Positions 15,326-28,104 of a DNA stretch of 64,000 nucleotides are shown here, piece by piece. Where the stretch lies: positions 6,448,001-6,512,000 of the forward strand of contig OZ059898.1 in NCBI GenBank assembly GCA_964057225.1, written 5' to 3'. Position 1 is the first letter of the stretch. Each line of letters opens with the position of its first letter. A program made the position numbers and the translations under genes. The notes under the pieces were generated by a model that saw nothing but the letters and a program-made list of their open reading frames with translations, was not told the DNA's origin and made no database searches. This stretch comes from Auanema rhodensis. Its lineage: Eukaryota; Animalia; Nematoda.

Positions 15326-17344
15326 ATGGAATCGATAAGAAATTTCGGAAGATCCATATATTCTTTTTGGAGAGAAGTGGTAGAATGGCGAAGCCCAGCA
15401 ACAGCTCCATATTTAATGCTTATTAACACAGCTTATTGGTAAAATACTTGGAGTTCTATTTTTTAAATTTCATGTTTTAATTGTTATAGGGCTGGCGTTT
15501 TCTATTTGGATGTTCATCATCAACAACTTGCTCTCGTATCTTTAGCTGCTGGTATTTTTAGTTGGGATGTTCTCTCAACACCATCTTATGAAAAGAGTAT
15601 AGCTGTTCATATAGCGAGTTGGCCTGTGCAATCATTATGGAGAGTAAGTTGTTCTCGAGCAAATCTTTAACCTTATTTAATTTATTTAGTCTTTTGCTGT
15701 TGCCTGTTGTTTTTATAGTGTTCATATGTTGAATGCTGCTCGTTTAGAAGTAGCATGTTGGGCAGCATACTCTTCAGGTTTGTATTAAACTTGAAGTTAA
15801 CATTTCAACATTAGTTAAAATTTTCAGTTGGTTCATTGTTAATTAATCCTGTTTGGGGATATTACAAAGTTAATCAAAAAATTTCTAATGTTGGAAAAAG
15901 ATGTGCCACTTCGGTTGGTGATGCTGCCACGGTAATAAAGTTTTAAAAGTCTTTACTTAATATTTTTTTCTCAGTTTGTAATTGTGACTCCCCTGAAAAA
16001 GCTTTACCAGTTAGTTTGTTATATTGTTTTATTTCAATTTGTTCCTGGTAAGAACAACTATTTATTTATTTTTCTTAATTGCCAATATTTAAGATTTATG
16101 GAACTGGATAAAGAGTGCATGTCAAACAATAAGAAATTGGTAAATTTTCGTCCTAGAATAATAAACAAAGTTTTTATTATCAGGTTCAAAGAAGGAATAA
16201 CAGAGCCTATTAAACGGGGCTGGAAAGCATTGAAAGAATTTCTGAGATATTGGTTCTGCGCTCATTGGTGGCCAGGTTTAAAAGCGTGGATTGCTGTTAA
16301 AGTATGATAGACTATTAAGCACAGAAATTAGTTTTTTTTTGGCAGATTGGAGAACCTTGTAAGAGGGCATTCAATTATTTCTGTTTCTGTTTGATTTATG
16401 TGGTGTGTGGTCACTGGGTGCCTCCACTTTTCCGATGGATTAAATCGAAATTATCTGCTTTTGGAGGATTACTCCACCGCACCATCGTTATTCCTGTAAA
16501 AAGGTAGGTTCCCTTGATAATTATATCAGAATTTATCCTTTTCTAACAAATAATTTAATGTTAACATTGAATTCATTTTAGATGGATGTGGGCGAAATTC
16601 GAGCAACTACGTATATGGCTCCGAAGACAATTGCATCGCTTAGCCCTTGCTATCCGTGATTCAGTACTTTGGCCTATTTGTGTACTTATAGTAGACATTG
16701 GCAAGGAGCTATGTGCAATTGTTTACCGGATATTCATGAAGGTTAGCTAGCTTTATGGATTTTTCCTTAAATTATATTTTTGAAGCCTATTGTTGATTAT
16801 ACTTACCACCGCTATAAGATTGTTGAAACAGCTGCTTTGATATATTTCCTGGGACCTGTATGTGAAAAAATTGTCAATAATATCCCCGAGAAGAATCCAT
16901 TTTGCGGTAACTTACGTTCTTGATATTCTAAACCAATTTTGTAATATAGAGGAAAGTGATGTGGAACTGGAAGGAATGCTACCGTCCGATATAGAGGGCG
17001 ATGCTGAAATTGAAGATAACTATTCGGAACACTCTGATTTAATACATCCTTCAACTCCTCTAAATGGTAATTTCTTTTTGTTGTTTCTCATTCACGCTCT
17101 TTTTTGTTTGGCTATTGATAACGTTATCATAGTTTCCGTTTAAATGTTTTTTTTAGAAGATGAGAACGACTTCGTATCGGGGCTTAACTTCCCGACAATC
17201 AATGCTTCAGAGTCCAGTGATGATGAGTTTGATCTTCACAAAGCCTCGAATAGGCCAATTCGACGAAAAAAGAAATCGTCTAATAAGTCCAGCAATCCGG
17301 ATGATGTTGGCTCCCATGATGACGAGTTTGAAGTTTTGCAATAA
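15326..17344 (+). CDS. Multi-pass membrane protein (about 480 aa), FAM134/RETREG-like candidate ER-phagy receptor with C-terminal LIR
   Basis: Twelve coding exons splice through GT-AG introns into one ORF: MESIRNFGRSIYSFWREVVEWRSPATAPYLMLINTAYWAG...Trp-rich helices...EESDVELEGMLP...YSEHSD...STPLNE...FVSGLNFPTIN...DDEFEVLQ*. The gene model is solid; the family assignment comes from recalled motifs. Confidence 0.75.
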
Positions 17345-17907
17345 ATATTGCTCTAATTAAACAGTTACTAACAGTGCCAATGTTTGAAACATAACTAATC
17401 AATGACGTAGTCATTTATACGCTTAGCATACTATGTATATCCATTTAGTGAGACTTGAATCTCGTCTATTCTTGTCATATTAGTTTTATTCGCTTGTTGT
17501 ACATTTTAAAATAATATACGAATGATTATGGGTATCATTTCTTTAAAATAAAATTTATTAAAGTTTACTTATCTTGATGAATATTTGGTTATAACGACAC
17601 CATCTCCATAGTGAGATTGAAAGAAACAGCCTGCGGGATGAGAGAGTACCAGACGACGAGAGTGTTCCATCGCACTCCCCACTAGCCACAACTGAAACGC
17701 ATAACACGGATTCGTGTTTGACGTGGCTATTCTTCGACTCATTGGAATATACTTCTTTACTTCTAATTTTTATATTATTTAAAATTAAAATTAATTTTCT
17801 TTTCAGATAAGATTTTTTTTCGTAATTATTTTTGCTTATTTTGTGATTTATTGAAAACGTGGCTATTATTTTTTAGTTCGTAAGCAGATATCGTCTTATG
17901 TTATTTT

Positions 17908-18756
17908 ATGTCCACAAAAAAAATATTCAATAAAAAATTGCTTTGGCAATACGTAAAAGGCGCAGGAATTTTTGCTTGTGTTGCTCATACCATTAGTGCA
18001 CATGTTGGAGAACTTGTGATATGTTCAGGACCATCTATGCAACCAACTATCCTAGATGGAGATTTAGTTCTAGCTGAAAGATTTAGTGAGTTTTGTTATT
18101 TTTTGTTAACGACTACTTTATTTTGAACGAATATTTATATTTTATTCTAAATTCAACGTTTAGGTGTAAATGGGGGAAACATTCATAGAGGTGATATAGT
18201 CGGATGCTTGAGCCCCAACGAACCTGAACAACTTTTATGTAAAAGAATAGCTGCAAAGGTTTGTTTTTATGTGAATGCAAATTATAGTTTCTAATATTCA
18301 AGGAAAGTGATAGAGTGGATAGTGAGCTATTACCAAATGGAAGAGTTCCACGTGGTCACGTTTTTCTACGAGGTATATTTTAAATATTTGCATTATTCGC
18401 TATTTTATCCCAATTCCTTATCTTTTATTATTATTAGTAGTAATTAATAATCAGATTGTTTTCTGATTATATGTTGATTAATGTTTGGCTTGTTAAGTAA
18501 TATGATTCTCTTCGACTTTTACTCCCACTTTCATTATAGGGGATAATGCGTTAGCCTCAACTGATTCTCGACATTTTGGTCCTGTCCCTGAAGGACTTGT
18601 TCAAATTAGATTGTCTTTAAGAATTTGGCCTCCAAATAGGCATGTTTATTTGAACTTTATAGACTATCAGCTAATTGAAATCAAATGTTTAGAGTTGGAT
18701 GGCTATCAGATCATTGGTTCTGGGAAAGTGAAGAAAATGTAAAGAGCCATAGGTAG
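17908..18756 (+). CDS. immp-1: Mitochondrial inner membrane peptidase subunit 1 (IMMP1L)
   Basis: Catalytic Ser motif CSGPSMQPT, catalytic Lys in LCKRI, VPRGHVFLRGDN...STDSRHFGPVP, RIWPP. Confidence 0.92.
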
Positions 18757-18973
18757 TAATATATATTGTCAGGATTTAGGATTTTCATATTGCTAGCATC
18801 AGTTACTTTTTTTCTTAAATAGCTTTAACAAAGTTGTTAAATTGTATTGATATTTATTATTATTTAAACAAAACAATACTATTTCTTTTATTTATTTTAT
18901 CCGTTAAAGCGATACCGTATTACCTCTCTAATATTCTTTTTTGATTTTTATTGTTTCTTTAGGTAGACATTGT

Positions 18974-21900
18974 ATGGCTGTGAACGGGATTTACATCGTG
19001 CTTGGCGAAGCCAACACGGTTGTAGCCCTGTTGAACAAAGCCAGGAGGTAAATTCATATTTATATTCATTCATCATAAAAAGTGATTTTCAGACAGTTTC
19101 AACTGTCTCAACAGCCCCCTTCTTTGGAAGATACTGACCCGTTATTAAGAAATTTCGCTGATTTAAAAGATGTTTTGAACACGGTAAGTATTGTAATATC
19201 TTTTCTCGTTAACTCGATAATGATTTGCAGGTAGCTGATTTAGGAGATATGAATCCTCTAACTTATTTGTCACCTTTTCTTGATGTTGTGAAAGCAGAAA
19301 ATACTAATGGACCCATAACAGAAGCAGCTCTAGCTTCGGTCGGGAAATTTTTAAGCTATGGGTTGATAGATGCCAGCAGGTCATTCTAATTTTTCTTCTC
19401 TTATTAATGTAAAAATTATAGTATAAAAGCTGCTAACGCAGTGGGAGCTATTGCAACTGCTGTTGTGCAGACCAAATTTATTGGTGCAAAGAGTACAGGA
19501 AGTGATGAATGTGTTCTATATAAAATTTTACATGTAAACATTTATATATTTTAATTGTAACTTTTATTATTTTGTTGAAGGTTTTGCGCTCATTGCTTCT
19601 ATCACCTCCTGGAAGTTTGTTGACTGATGAAGCAGTATGTGAAATGATGCAGTCCAGTTTTCGCATAGCATTCGAAGGAGATCTATCACCATTACTTAGA
19701 AAAGCAGCAGAAGCTACACTTAGCGACATGATCCAGCTTATTTTCACTCGTTTACCTACATTCCATGAAGATATTCGACATCCCTATTATCGAAAGCTAG
19801 TTATGAATGCTAAAGGTGATAAGAAAAAGAGGAGAAGGAGGGCAGTTACGGAACCTACTGCTGACGATACGGATGCAGAAGTAAGCATTTCGGTTAATTT
19901 TCTGTTTGAAATTTCAAAACTACTTTCAGGAGGATTTAGAAGTTTTATCTGGTAATGCTGTCACCAGTACTCCCTCCGTTTCTGTTAATAATGAAGCTAC
20001 AAATTTGGCAGAATCTCAGACTGTTGCAATAACGAATCGTAAATTTTTTTAATTTTCGACATGGGTTAATATGTATAATTAGAACTTAATGTTGGTGCTA
20101 CGGCTGAAACAGTGACCACCGCTACCGAGGAAGATAAAGCAGATGAAGCGGACAGTGAAAGTGATGGTGATCAAAACTATAAAGAAGTATAATATATTAA
20201 TCTAATAGTGTTAAATACTTTACTTTAAGGAGACACATGTTAATAAGCCGATTTTGAAGGCTAAAAAATCAGATGATGAATCTACTCAATGTGTAAGTTC
20301 TTCGGAATTACCTTATGGTCTTCCTTGTTGCACAGAGCTTTTACGGTATTTTTATTTATTCGAACTTCGCTTGAATGAATTATTCTAGTTTTCTTATATC
20401 TATTGCAACTCCAGAAGATCGCCAAAACACAGAATCTATGGTCCTTCTTGGTTTGAATCTTATTACTGTTGCATTTGAGGTAATTATGATAAACAAAGAG
20501 AAATACGTTATTTGTTTTTATTCTCAGGCTGCTGCTGATCATTTATCTAGCTACACCTTCCTTATGTCATATATTAAAGATAATCTATGTAGAGCTCTAC
20601 TTAAGGTTAGGAAGTTGTTTTTAAGATATTGCAGCTTTTTAATTTAGCTTTTGGAAACACAAAAGTTGCCTGTTCTGGCTGCCACCAATAGAGTTTGCTT
20701 CTTGTTGTTCGAATCAATGAGAAGTCAATTGAAATTCCAATTAGAATCATATCTACATGAGCTTAAGAGTATAGTTTTGAGCGAACAAGTATAAAAACCT
20801 TTTTTGTTAGCATCGAAATGATTCAATTTTTAGAACTCGAGTGAGCGAAAGGAAATGGCACTGGAATCGATTGTACAATTATGGAGAATTCCGGGATTAG
20901 TAACAGAATTGTATCTCAATTACGATTGCGATCTTCACTGCAGGTTAGTGACATTGTAGAATAAAAACTATTCGTTATTTTCAGCAACATTTTTGAGGAA
21001 TTAGCAAAACTCTTAGCAGATATGTCGTTCCCAGTTTCTGGGTTAAGACCGTCATCACTGTTATCACTTGATGCTTTGCTTGTTGTTATTGATACAATTG
21101 ACCAAAACTGTATTTGTCGTCAAGCTGGAGGAGCTGTTTGTGGAGCCGAGTATATATACTTTGTTTTATATCCTTATATAGAATTCTGATTTTCCAGTAT
21201 GAGATCTGGACAGTTAGAGTTGCCAATCTTAAGTGGATACGATCTTGGAAAAAAAATATTAAATAGTGAGTCAATGGTCTCCGAAAAAGGTATTTTGTTC
21301 TAAGTATTTAACTATTAATTGTATTATTTAATATGTAGAAACGATCATTGAATCAGAAACTACCGTAACACTTCGTAGTAATAGACATGCTCCTTCCGAG
21401 AAAATGCCGTCAATGACTGAAGTACTCGAACAGAAAGATCGTAAGCGTATTCTAGCCGAAGGAACAGAAAAATTCAATCAAAATCCCAAAGATGGTTTAG
21501 TTTAAAATCAATAAGAAAATTAATCTTCAAGTTACAGGTATAAATTTCCTACGAAGCAAAGGTTTGCTTGGATCTGATGCCGACAGTGTAGTTCATTGGT
21601 TGAGAACAAACCCTCATTTGGATAAGAAAAAGATTGCTGATTATATATGTAGTAGAAAGCATGCTGATGTAAGTTTTTTTTTTCAATTTCATGTTCATGC
21701 TATGTACTGTCCAGGTTCTACAATCCTTTGTTCAATCATTCCCATTCGAAAATACACGATTAGATGAAGCTCTTCGTATTTTCTTGGAAACGTTCCGTCT
21801 TCCCGGCGAAGCTGCCGAAATAGCTATGGTTATGCAACATTTCTCAGAGCAATGGTATAGGGCTAACCATGAACCTTTCAATCATCCTGATGCTGCTTTT

Positions 21901-24900
21901 ACATTGTCATATGGTGTCATCATGTTAAACACTGATCAACATAACCCTCAGGTTCATTTATAATTAAATTATTTCTTATTGAATAATTTTACTGCAGGTG
22001 AAACGTAATCAACCACCAATGACTGTAGATTGCTTCAAACGTAATTTATCTGGAACAAATGGAACAAAAGACTTTGACCCGAAAATGCTTGAAGAAATCT
22101 ATCATGCTATTAAGTAAGCTTACTATAGTGATATTAAGAAGATAATTGCATTATAGGAGCGAAGAAATAGTTATGCCTGCTGAACAAAAAGGAATCGTTA
22201 AGGAGAATTATCTTTGGAAGGTACTCCTACGACGTGGAGCATCCTACGAAGGAACATTTGTTCATGCTCCTACTGGATGGAATGATCATGCTTTATTCTC
22301 CTTGGTTTGGGGACCTGCTATTGCTGCTCTCAGTTATATGTTCGATAAATCGGAACATGACATTATTTTGAAGGTAATAGTGGTGATCCATTTTCTTACC
22401 TAAATTAATAACAGAGAGCACTGAATGGATATCGTAAATGTGCTTCTATCGCTTCGCACTTCGGAATGAAAGATGTTTTTGACAATTTGATTATTCATCT
22501 GTGTAAATTCAGCACTTTGACTTCTTGGAGTGAAGGTTTGTTCAATTACGAAACTTAACTAAGTCGATGTTCAGGAACAGAAGAGCATTTGGAGTCCCGT
22601 AAGCGTGGTTTAGGTGAACTACCCCCTACATCTCCTGAAGCTATAGCTATAAACTATGGAATAAACAGAAAGGCTCAAGAAGCTACTCGTGTGGTGTTTG
22701 AGCTAGTTCATCATCATGGTGATATCCTCAAAGAGGTTTGTTTGGTTATTTTAATTTGCATAATAATATAATGATTGCAGGGGTGGTTAAATATTTTGGA
22801 TGTTTTGGTTCACCTTCTCCATTCTCGCCTGCTTCCACCTAATCTCACTGAAGTTTATGATTTTGTATCTGAGAAAGGATGGGTTTCAATTATTCGATCA
22901 CATTCTAAGTATATTTATTATATGTGTTTTGTTGAAGCTAATAATATGCTTAGGTCTCGCGAAGTGCAAGCTGTGCGAAATGAATCAGGCTTGTTATCCT
23001 GGTTCGGCTTAGGTGGAGGAGCTGCTGAAAATGAAAAGAAGAAACCAACACAAGAAGAAGTTAATGCTATGAAGGTTTGAATAATTAAAGTGGCTTGAAT
23101 AAAAATCATGCTTAAGTTGGCACAATCGGTTATCGCTGACTGCAAGCCATCGCAAATCGTCACCGACAGTAAATACTTAACATCAGTAGCATTATCTGAA
23201 CTATTAACTTCTCTTGTTAATTCGAGTCATGCAATCGTTGAGCCATATATTCGTGGAGAAGGGCAGAAGCCGGTTTCTTATATTATACGAATATATTTAA
23301 TTATCTTTATGTTATAGAAACATATATCAGAATCTGATGAAGATGCTTTAGTTTTCCAATTGGAGTTAATAGTTTCTATTGCTTTGGAGAATAAGGTTTC
23401 ATTATTGTGTAAAAACTTTATAGTTTCATATTTTAGGACCGTTTAACGGTGATTTGGCCAACTGTTTATCGTCATTTGGAATGGCTCTTGTCTCCACATT
23501 TTGGGCATTGCTTGGTACAAAAAGTTAAAAAAAATATTTTAATTAAATGTTCAGATTCTTGTGGAACGTTTTGTTGTTGGTCTTTTAAGACTTGCCAACC
23601 GAAACTTATTCAGGGATAATACTGTCTCTGATGAAGTTTTGAATTCGCTTTCTCTTTTATTAGTAAGTTATATTCCTTGCAATTTATTATATATTGATGA
23701 CTTTAAGAAATTATCTCCAAAAGCTATGTTTGTATATTCAAGACAAATCGCATTTGGTCTTTATGAATTACTTCATAATAATGCTGCTAATTTACATAAG
23801 AAAGAGCATTGGAAGATACTCTTTGCACTTATGGAAGCTTCAGGGGCGGCTCTACTACCTGAAGATGCACAAAGAGACAACGCATCAGATTCGGAGAGAA
23901 GGGCTTACTCTGATGGAGAATATGGGAACAATCGTTCAGTTTGTGAAGATAAAGGGTACACTTCCGATATTCCTCGCACAGTTAGAGAAACTCGTGAGTT
24001 TTGACAGATTTTTCTTCGATTTGCTGCTTTTTTACAGATAGTGGAGAAGCTGGAAGTCAGGGTAGTTCAATATCACTAAGTCAAAGTCGTGAATGGATTC
24101 ATCTAGATCACGGAGATGCTGCTCGTGCTACACAAGAAGCTTTAAGGGCCTTAGGATCCGATAAGCCTTCTCTTGGAAGAGGATCATTGGTATTATGTGA
24201 CGATCTCGGGAGGCATGAACCGGCTGCTTTCATTAAGGTTATTATTTTTTATCTATTTTTTTATATTTTTTCTAATTTTAAGATAGCTGAATGTTTGGCT
24301 TTCTTACTTCGGGATGCTGTTCATGTTACTCCTGATAATCTCGAATCTAGTATTCATTGCTTACGTACAATGGTCGAAGCAGGACTGGATGGGGGGAGGT
24401 AGAATCATTTGGAACATAATTTTGGATACTGTGCATTATATTTCCTTCAGATATGCAGGTGGCCCGATGTCAGGGGAAGCTCAAAACCTTTTAAAATCCA
24501 CAATATCTGGTGGCACTAACAAGACTAAATCTACTGGTAATAGAAGAGACAAGGTAAATTTTATATCTATTTGTAAAGACGTGAAAATCTTTTCAGAAAG
24601 AACTCACAACAGATGTTGTTGAAGAAGATGAAAATGTTAATGAAGAAAACCAACTCTCTGCTAACTATCAGCATGTTTCTCTGCAGTTGCTTGATTTATG
24701 CACAACGGTTCATAGCCTTGCACCTGGCATTCTAACTCAGTGGTCATCCAACAATACAACTGTAAATTTTTCAAATTTGTTACAAAGATAAATTTTTTTC
24801 TTAGGTTGATGCTTCGGTTCGCTCTTTATGGACTCAAGTTTGGAGGCCTTTATTGCAAGCAGTCGCTCGGTTAGGTTGTGATTGTAGACGTAGTGTTAGA

Positions 24901-26077
24901 GCTAGCGCTTTGAATCATTTACAAGTAAATTTATATATTTAATTCATGTTTTTATAATGACATTTCAAGAGACTCTTTATGCCAGCTATAATGGGAGGTC
25001 TAGGTCCTGAAGAATGGGAATCATGTTTTGCAGAGGTTATCAAAATAACTTTATCATATAAACTTTTTATTTTACAGGTGTTGTTCCCTCTCCTCTCAAA
25101 GCTTCTAGATCCGTTTTCTCCTATGGATATAATTGGGATGGAGGATACTCGTGTTCGGGCCATGCAAATAGTATCTAAAACACTGCTAAATCATTTGAGG
25201 TCATATAGTTTTTTTTATAAATACAATGTTTGAATTTCAGTGCATTATCTTCTTTACCGTCTTTCCCTGCCTTGTGGCTTCGCTTACTTGACTTCATGGA
25301 ACGTTATTTGAAAGTTGACAGTTGTGGAAATCTAAATGAAGTAATTTATCCTCGCATTAACAATCTTCATTCTTCTATTATTTTAGGTTGTACCTGAATC
25401 CTTTAAAAATATGCTCCTGGTTTTGGACAATACTGGGTTGTTTAGTATTGTACCTGGTTTATATGAAATGACTACAACACGAATGTCATCCGTATTGCCT
25501 CAGCTTATTAGGGATACTATTCCTAACCCTCCACAAATTTCGCCTGCTCAAACGTTATTTACTCTTTTGTATATTTTATAAGTTATGTCTTTATAGTGGT
25601 GCCTCTAATACTGCTCCAGTAGCCAATACTTTAGCTTCTGGACCTCCTTTAATGCCAAGAGTACAATTAGCTCCTGCTGTACCTACGACTTGTCAGGTTT
25701 TCTAACTATGATGGAACTATTTATATTGTAATTTAATTCAGACGGCTGATCCATTAATGACAGTACAAACAGCTCCTATTGTGCCTCCTGTTGAAATCGT
25801 GGAATTAGTAAGTTTTGTTCCAAAAACAACAAACAAAAACTCATTCGACAAATCGTAACAACTGCTTCTTTGCCTTATAAATATTAAAAAGAATTTATGC
25901 ATGTTTGTAGGATCTTCAGCATAAAATGCCTTTTAATATTGATCGTTTTACGATATGATCTGGTTTCAGACTGAGGTAGTTGTACATTCTGGGGCAACAA
26001 GTCCGAGAGCTGGCAGCCCCCCAAGCAACATTACCACAGTGGAAACAAACGCTACGATGGGTGCCAATAACTCTTAG
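18974..26077 (+). CDS. gbf-1: Large Sec7-domain Arf guanine nucleotide exchange factor GBF1; about 39 introns
   Basis: DCB domain ([23 protein letters not shown]), HUS box (YLNYDCD), Sec7 domain with glutamic finger FRLPGEA and [15 protein letters not shown] domains, [13 protein letters not shown]. Confidence 0.95.
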
Positions 26078-28104
26078 ATTTATCTTCCTGTAATTAATTG
26101 TTCGACGTCTAGTTTCTGGAAATGTGATAACCTAATTTATATTTATAATCTTCAGAAGAGGGTGGTAATAATAAAATATTTCTGTGGACAATTTTTTTCT
26201 TATTCAAAATTTATTTTGATGATATGATTAAGAACAGGTTATATGCACTTGTGCCACTGAATGATGAACATCGCTGTTGCAGTCGACTTAAAGTGAACCA
26301 AATAGACAATGATGTCATTCGACGTTTACTATTTAGACTTTTTGGGCAGACAAACGAAGATGCGGTTTTCAGTTTATTGTACATCCCGTAAGATTAACCT
26401 CTATCTCTCTCATTCTTTCATACTATATTTTAAAATCTCTGATTGCTTGGAACCGGTTTCTATGCTGACTAGCTCGCATACACAAATTATACTGCGTCTT
26501 CCAAATATTTTCTTTCTTGGTATTATAGATTACTAGTGAAAATAGTCTACTTCCTCATATTTTTCTGCTTTCTAATACTACACTATGTAAGTAATGCCAT
26601 ACTACTGTCCATTCGCTATATTTTTCTACTTGCCCGCTCGTCACCATAAACTAATAAGGGCGGGAAGTTCAAAAGTTAGGCTTCAAGTTAAAAAAACGTT
26701 TTACATATCTGTTTATATCTTCTATTGTATTGGGAATATGACTCATTAAATCACGACATTCAATTGATTTCGTACAATAGCTTTTATGTTTTTTTACATT
26801 TGACTTTCAATTCTACAAAGATGTGAGGATCAAGTATTGGCTAGCGCGACAATCTTTTTCACGTAGTGGGACTGACGCTGACCTCGTCCTCACCTGATTG
26901 CTCCCATTTCTATCCTGTGTAGCCCGTCCACATTCATACATCCAGCCAGCTATCTCTATTCCAAATAATGTGTTTTTTAACTTTTCCAGTTGTATGAATC
27001 AATCAAGTTCTCGCATGCACCCACAGTTTAAGCACTCAAAAAATTTTCTTATAGTTTTGAGTAGGATGTTTCAGATCTATTTGATAATTTTTATGTCTAT
27101 ATTAAAAAGGAAACTGAGACCGGTCTTCATTTCTAACCACATTAACCAGCTATATTGACGTTTCTCTGAACGATACATTCTCGGTTTCTAGCCTAGGCTG
27201 GACCAAGTTTCGGCTAATTCACTTCCAAATACGCATTCTTTGCGTAGCTCAGAGGAATGAAAACGAGATTGCTGTTGATCACATTGTTCCACCTTCATAT
27301 TGCCTTACTAACCGTTCAGTTTCTGAATTTACGCTCTAACCCGCTCGTTGTTTTTTGAAAGAAAAAGTAATGACCACTTTTCTCTAAAGAACATAGGTTG
27401 TTTCGAAGTCGTGGTAGTTGTATCGTTTGCTATTCAATCATGCAACAGCTTCAACACTTACCAGTTCAGCACTTTGTTTCATAATAACACTGCGAAATAC
27501 CTTAACCATCTTGTTATTTTCCTTGTATTTCACCTTAATGCTTACATTTCGTTTTTATTATAGTCGTTGTCATCTTCATTTCTAAATTACTGAAACTTTT
27601 TACTTCAACGTTAAAGATTGTGAAATCGTGTTATTCTTTGATATGTTCTGAATCTACCATCCAGCTCGATCCGCATCATTACATTCTGCTCTCCTATCTT
27701 ATTTCGTATAAACGGCCTCTGCATTTTGTAACTGGGTCATAGATTCTTTGTACAATTTCATTTTTACTTTGTTTTTATTCTATGTACTTCGTATCACTTC
27801 TCAGAGTTTTCCTCAACTCATTTATTTACAACAACAACACCAACAACAACAGGCTTGCAAGTTGTTGTTGTGCTAAATGTATTTCCAATTTTTTTATTCA
27901 CGTAAGCTTTTGTATTAAAAATATATTTTGTTCTTATTTTCAAAGTCCAATTCATTTATAACATCACTCATTCTAACATTATTAAAGGGAACAGGTTTTC
28001 TAAGAGAAGAATTGTATTTTTATATTATTCGTATTTTCTACTAGAGTTGATTGTGACCAATTTTATCCTCTGAATGATACTTTTTTTAGTTTCAAGCTTT
28101 TTAG

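Noticed and set aside
26676-27200. Isolated TTAGGC/GCCTAGGC as telomere-addition or DNA-elimination sites
   Set aside because: Single hexamers are expected by chance; no array or recognisable break motif.
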